Origin: Synechococcus elongatus PCC 6301
GTDB taxonomy: Bacteria; Cyanobacteriota; Cyanobacteriia; Synechococcales; Synechococcaceae
DNA length: 32,000 bases
NCBI RefSeq assembly: GCF_000010065.1
Contig: NC_006576.1
Coordinates: 1,800,001 to 1,832,000, forward strand
Reading direction: 5' to 3'
The notes below the pieces were generated by a model that did no database searches, was not told where the DNA came from, and saw only the letters and a list, made by a program, of their open reading frames with translations. A program made the position numbers and the translations under genes. Positions within the stretch are counted from its first letter, which is position 1, and each line of letters opens with the position of its first letter. Shown one piece after another: positions 28,657-32,000 of the stretch.

Positions 28657-30171
28657 ATGTCTGATTTGCGCGCCACCCGCCTCGAAAAAGCCCTGCAATT
28701 GCGAGAGCTGGGATTTGAGCCCTACGCCTACCGTTGGGACTGTAGCCATAGTGCCGCGCAGCTCCAAGCGCTCTATGCTGACTTGCCAGCCGGGGAGGAA
28801 GTGGCGGTTGAGGTCGCGATCGCGGGCCGAATTATGGCGCGGCGCGTCTTCGGGAAGCTGGCCTTCTTCACGCTGCAGGATGAAAGCGGCCAAATTCAGC
28901 TCTACCTCGAGAAGCAGCGGCTCAGTGAATCGATGGCCGCGATCGATGCCGAAGCTTTCAGTCACCTCAAAGCCCTGACAGATGTGGGCGACATTCTTGG
29001 TGTCAAAGGTAGTGTGCGCCGCACGGAGAAAGGCGAACTCTCGATCGCAGTGGATCAGTACGCCATTCTCACTAAGTCCCTGCAACCCCTGCCGGATAAA
29101 TGGCATGGACTGACGGATGTGGAGAAGCGCTACCGCCAGCGCTACGTGGACCTGATCGTCAACCCAGAAGTACGGGAGACGTTTCGGCGTCGCGCCAAAA
29201 TCACCGCTGCCATTCGTCGCCACCTCGAAGATCAGGGCTTCATCGAAATCGAAACGCCAGTGCTGCAAGCGGAGGCAGGCGGTGCAGAAGCTCGGCCTTT
29301 CATCACTTACCACAACACCTTAGAACTCGACCTTTATCTGCGAATTGCAACCGAGTTGCACCTCAAGCGCCTAATTGTCGGCGGCTTCGAGAAAGTGTTT
29401 GAACTAGGGCGCATTTTCCGCAACGAGGGCATTTCAACCCGCCACAACCCTGAGTTCACCTCGATCGAGGTCTATCAGGCCTATGCCGACTACGAAGACA
29501 TGATGCGGCTAACGGAAACCTTGATTGCCCAAGTTGCTGAGCAGGTGGTGGGGTCGCTGCAAGTGCCCTACCAAGGTCAGACGATCGATCTGGCGCCACC
29601 GTGGAAACGGGCAACGATGGCGGAACTGGTGTTGGCAGCGACGGGGATCGACTTCGAGTCCCTGAAAGACCTAGAAGCAGGAATTGCAGCCGTGAAAGCA
29701 GCAGGTATTCCGGTGCCTGAGGACTGCCCCAACCTCGGCAAACTGCTCAACCACTGCTTCGAAGAAAAAGTGGAAGCAACGCTGATTCAGCCGACGTTTG
29801 TGATCGACTATCCGGTGGAGATTTCGCCGCTGGCGAAGCCGCACCGCAGCAAACCAGGGTTAGTGGAACGCTTTGAGCTATTTATTGTCGGCCGAGAAAC
29901 TGCTAACAGCTTCTCGGAGTTAACCGATCCGGTGGATCAGCGACAACGGTTGGAAGCGCAAGCGGCAGACAAAGCAGCAGGCAATGTCGAAGCGAACGAC
30001 GTCGACGAAGACTTCTTGCTGGCGCTGGAGCATGGCATGCCACCGACCGGTGGCCTCGGAATTGGCATCGATCGCCTCGTGATGTTGCTGACCGATAGCC
30101 CCAGCATCCGTGACGTGATTGCCTTCCCACTGCTACGCCCCGAAGCGAGCTCGGAAGAGGCCGAAGCCTAA
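28657..30171 (+). CDS. lysS: Lysyl-tRNA synthetase (class II)
   Basis: Class II motifs ([66 protein letters not shown]) and OB fold domain. Confidence 0.98.
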   Translation: MSDLRATRLEKALQLRELGFEPYAYRWDCSHSAAQLQALYADLPAGEEVAVEVAIAGRIMARRVFGKLAFFTLQDESGQIQLYLEKQRLSESMAAIDAEAFSHLKALTDVGDILGVKGSVRRTEKGELSIAVDQYAILTKSLQPLPDKWHGLTDVEKRYRQRYVDLIVNPEVRETFRRRAKITAAIRRHLEDQGFIEIETPVLQAEAGGAEARPFITYHNTLELDLYLRIATELHLKRLIVGGFEKVFELGRIFRNEGISTRHNPEFTSIEVYQAYADYEDMMRLTETLIAQVAEQVVGSLQVPYQGQTIDLAPPWKRATMAELVLAATGIDFESLKDLEAGIAAVKAAGIPVPEDCPNLGKLLNHCFEEKVEATLIQPTFVIDYPVEISPLAKPHRSKPGLVERFELFIVGRETANSFSELTDPVDQRQRLEAQAADKAAGNVEANDVDEDFLLALEHGMPPTGGLGIGIDRLVMLLTDSPSIRDVIAFPLLRPEASSEEAEA

Positions 30172-30190
30172 ATTTGCCAGTCACAGCCTC

Positions 30191-30208
30191 GGGGTGCGAT
30201 CGCGCCCC
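30191..30208 (+). terminator. Short GC-rich palindrome centred on a GATC loop downstream of lysS
   Basis: GGGGTGC-GATC-GCGCCCC: 7-bp stem with one G-U, no strong T-tract. Weak terminator candidate. Confidence 0.3.
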
Positions 30209-30376
30209 AAGGTTGAGTCTTAGCGCCGTTAGCCTAGCTGGCAGCGATCGCTTTGACTGGCTGGTTGCTGGGACCCCAAATGGGATCCTGTCGGAGGACT
30301 GGCCAGAGCTGCCTGCGATCGCAAATAAGGAGTGTCAAAATGAAGAAATGTTGCGTTTCTGATCGCTCCAGCAGTC

Positions 30377-31432
30377 ATGGCGGATCCCATCACTAAGTTT
30401 GCCTACCAGACCTTTCAGCAGAGCAAAAGCCTGCTGGGGCTGACTCACAAGAACCTCAGCACGCAACTGATGCGGTTGCTCGCACCCACGAATGGTGAGC
30501 GAGAAGGTATCTCGCCAGCTCTGATGAGCCAACTGCAGGCGTCGATGCAAGTGTTGCTCGACGAAGACTATGCAGATGCTGAGGCCGGCGTCTATCCGCT
30601 GTCGCAGCTGTTCGATACGCCGTGGCAGGACATCGTGCAGCAATATCCCCGCCTCTGGCTGGATATGCCATCAACTTGGCAGCGCGCCCGCGAGAAGCGC
30701 TATCAAGACTTTGATGAAACCGTCGAAACCGATCGCTATCCCAGCTACTACGTCCAAAACTTTCATCACCAGACGGGCGGCTACCTGACCGAGGAATCGG
30801 CAGAGCTCTACGATCTGCAGGTCGAGATTCTCTTTAACGGCACCGCCGATCCGATGCGGCGGCGAATTCTGCGCCCCCTCAAGCAGGGACTGCAAGCCTT
30901 GGCTCGCCCTGAAAAAGATCTACGTGTGCTGGATGTGGCTTGCGGCACGGGTCGGACCCTGCGCCATTTGCGATCGGCACTGCCCAGCGCCAACCTCTAC
31001 GGCACCGACCTATCGCCCGCCTATCTCCGTAAAGCCAACCAACTCCTCTCAGAACGGCCGGGAGAACTACCGCAACTGCTGCAGGCTAACGCGGAAGAAC
31101 TGCCCTATCAAGATGGCTTCTTCCAAGGCGTGACTTCTGTTTTCCTCTTCCATGAATTGCCGCCGCAAGCTCGGCAAAACGTGATCAATGAATGCTTCCG
31201 CGTGCTTGAAGCGGGCGGCACCGTTGTCCTCAATGATTCGATTCAGGCGATCGACTCACCGGAATTCCGCCCTCTGATGGATGGCTTCTATCAGATGTTC
31301 CACGAGCCCTACTACCGTCATTACATGGAAGATGATCTCTGCGATCGCCTTGGCCAAGCGGGGTTTGTCGATATCCAAACCAGCAACCACTTTATGAGCA
31401 AAATCTGGGTGGCCCGCAAGCCGATCGCCTAA
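30377..31432 (+). CDS. Class I SAM-dependent methyltransferase
   Basis: Motif I LRVLDVACGTGRTLRHLR, LYGTDLSPAYLRKA, FHELPPQARQNVINECFRVLEAGGTVVLNDS. Confidence 0.88.
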   Translation: MADPITKFAYQTFQQSKSLLGLTHKNLSTQLMRLLAPTNGEREGISPALMSQLQASMQVLLDEDYADAEAGVYPLSQLFDTPWQDIVQQYPRLWLDMPSTWQRAREKRYQDFDETVETDRYPSYYVQNFHHQTGGYLTEESAELYDLQVEILFNGTADPMRRRILRPLKQGLQALARPEKDLRVLDVACGTGRTLRHLRSALPSANLYGTDLSPAYLRKANQLLSERPGELPQLLQANAEELPYQDGFFQGVTSVFLFHELPPQARQNVINECFRVLEAGGTVVLNDSIQAIDSPEFRPLMDGFYQMFHEPYYRHYMEDDLCDRLGQAGFVDIQTSNHFMSKIWVARKPIA

Positions 31433-31435
31433 TCG

Positions 31436-31476
31436 CTGCTGCGATCGCCACAGAGGAGCGATCGCAGCAGGCTTTT
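31436..31476 (+). terminator. Rho-independent terminator whose stem contains two HIP1 octamers
   Basis: Perfect 13-bp stem CTGCTGCGATCGC (31436-31448) / GCGATCGCAGCAG (31458-31470), 9-nt loop, followed by GCTTTT. Confidence 0.85.
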
Positions 31477-31775
31477 ACAACGAAATAAGTCAGTCAACTT
31501 TGCTGTTCAGCGATAACCAGACGAAGTCACTGCCCAAATTCAAGGTTGGTAGTGATGGCATTGCAGTCTCTAATCTAGTTAGAACGCTGAATTTAGCTGA
31601 CAATCGTCCAAGACCAGGGGCAAGAGCCTCTGGCTCCCCTATCTTGAGACTATCTCAACTGAAACAAGGGCTATCACAGCCAATTTTAGTCAATCTTTGT
31701 GATGCGAAACTGAGAAAAACTGACCAAGAAACTCAAGAGCCAGCATAATTTGATTAACTCTTTTGAGTGACTGCC

Positions 31776-32000
31776 ATGGGCTACTCTCTTGTTCTGATTG
31801 TACTGGTCCTCTATTTCTTATTGGCAGGCTTGAAAATCGATCGAGAATATCAACGCGGTATCATTTATCGGCTTGGTCGAGTCCGACGATTGAGAGGGCC
31901 GGGACTATACTGGATCTTTCCCGGAATTGAACAAAAAGTACAAGTTGATTTAAGACTGCGAACAGTTAATATTGAGCCTCAAGAAACTGTCACTGCAGAC
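31776..32000 (+). CDS. SPFH/band-7 (slipin/stomatin-like) protein, 3' truncated by window edge
   Basis: MGYSLVLIVLVLYFLLAGLKIDREYQRGIIYRLGRVRRLRGPGLYWIFPGIEQKVQVDLRLRTVNIEPQETVTAD: N-terminal TM plus canonical slipin start. Confidence 0.9.
   Translation, partial: MGYSLVLIVLVLYFLLAGLKIDREYQRGIIYRLGRVRRLRGPGLYWIFPGIEQKVQVDLRLRTVNIEPQETVTAD

Noticed and set aside
30174-30362. 62-aa ORF in the lysS-methyltransferase gap
   Set aside because: Contains the GC palindrome and HIP1-rich spacer; no RBS or conserved-looking segment.
31500-31748. 82-aa ORF between the methyltransferase and slipin genes
   Set aside because: No convincing RBS or domain, and it is short. It may be leftover coding sequence, so I report only the compositional shift.
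1-32000. Abundant GCGATCGC repeats as a possible CRISPR or mobile repeat family
   Set aside because: These are the known HIP1 octamers, scattered in genes and spacers without regular spacing. They are noted only where placement is unusual. No CRISPR array, transposase, integrase or terminal inverted repeats were seen.

Overview
This looks like an ordinary, gene-dense stretch of a freshwater cyanobacterial chromosome. The dense HIP1 octamers (GCGATCGC) and gene content suggest the Synechococcus elongatus PCC 7942/6301 lineage; this is recall and inference, not a database result. Recognisable genes, in order: pnp (partial), beta-carotene hydroxylase (crtR-like), tRNA-Leu(UAG), a Ycf66-family protein with an acidic low-complexity tail, ileS, msrA with a signal peptide, a DUF938 methyltransferase, ilvH/ilvN, an alpha/beta hydrolase overlapping a Uma2-family gene, a very large polytopic membrane protein coupled to a 48-aa membrane ORF missing from the ORF track, a Trm1-like tRNA dimethyltransferase, an ExbB/ExbD-like pair, a rhodanese, petM (also missing from the track), ycf39, mnmG, an envelope protein with a possible PilP/GspC-like C-terminus, an FTR1 permease, cysE, a divergent small cupin-like gene/LysR pair, an orphan sugar-type ABC binding lipoprotein, an RpaB-like response regulator (possibly srrA), lysS, a SAM methyltransferase and the start of a slipin/band-7 gene. 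I found no CRISPR array, transposon, prophage or defence island, and no convincing new multi-gene system. The best leads are the giant membrane protein plus its coupled 48-aa ORF, the bacterial Trm1, HIP1 octamers acting as terminator stems or lying on start codons, and a LysR-type dyad covering a start codon.
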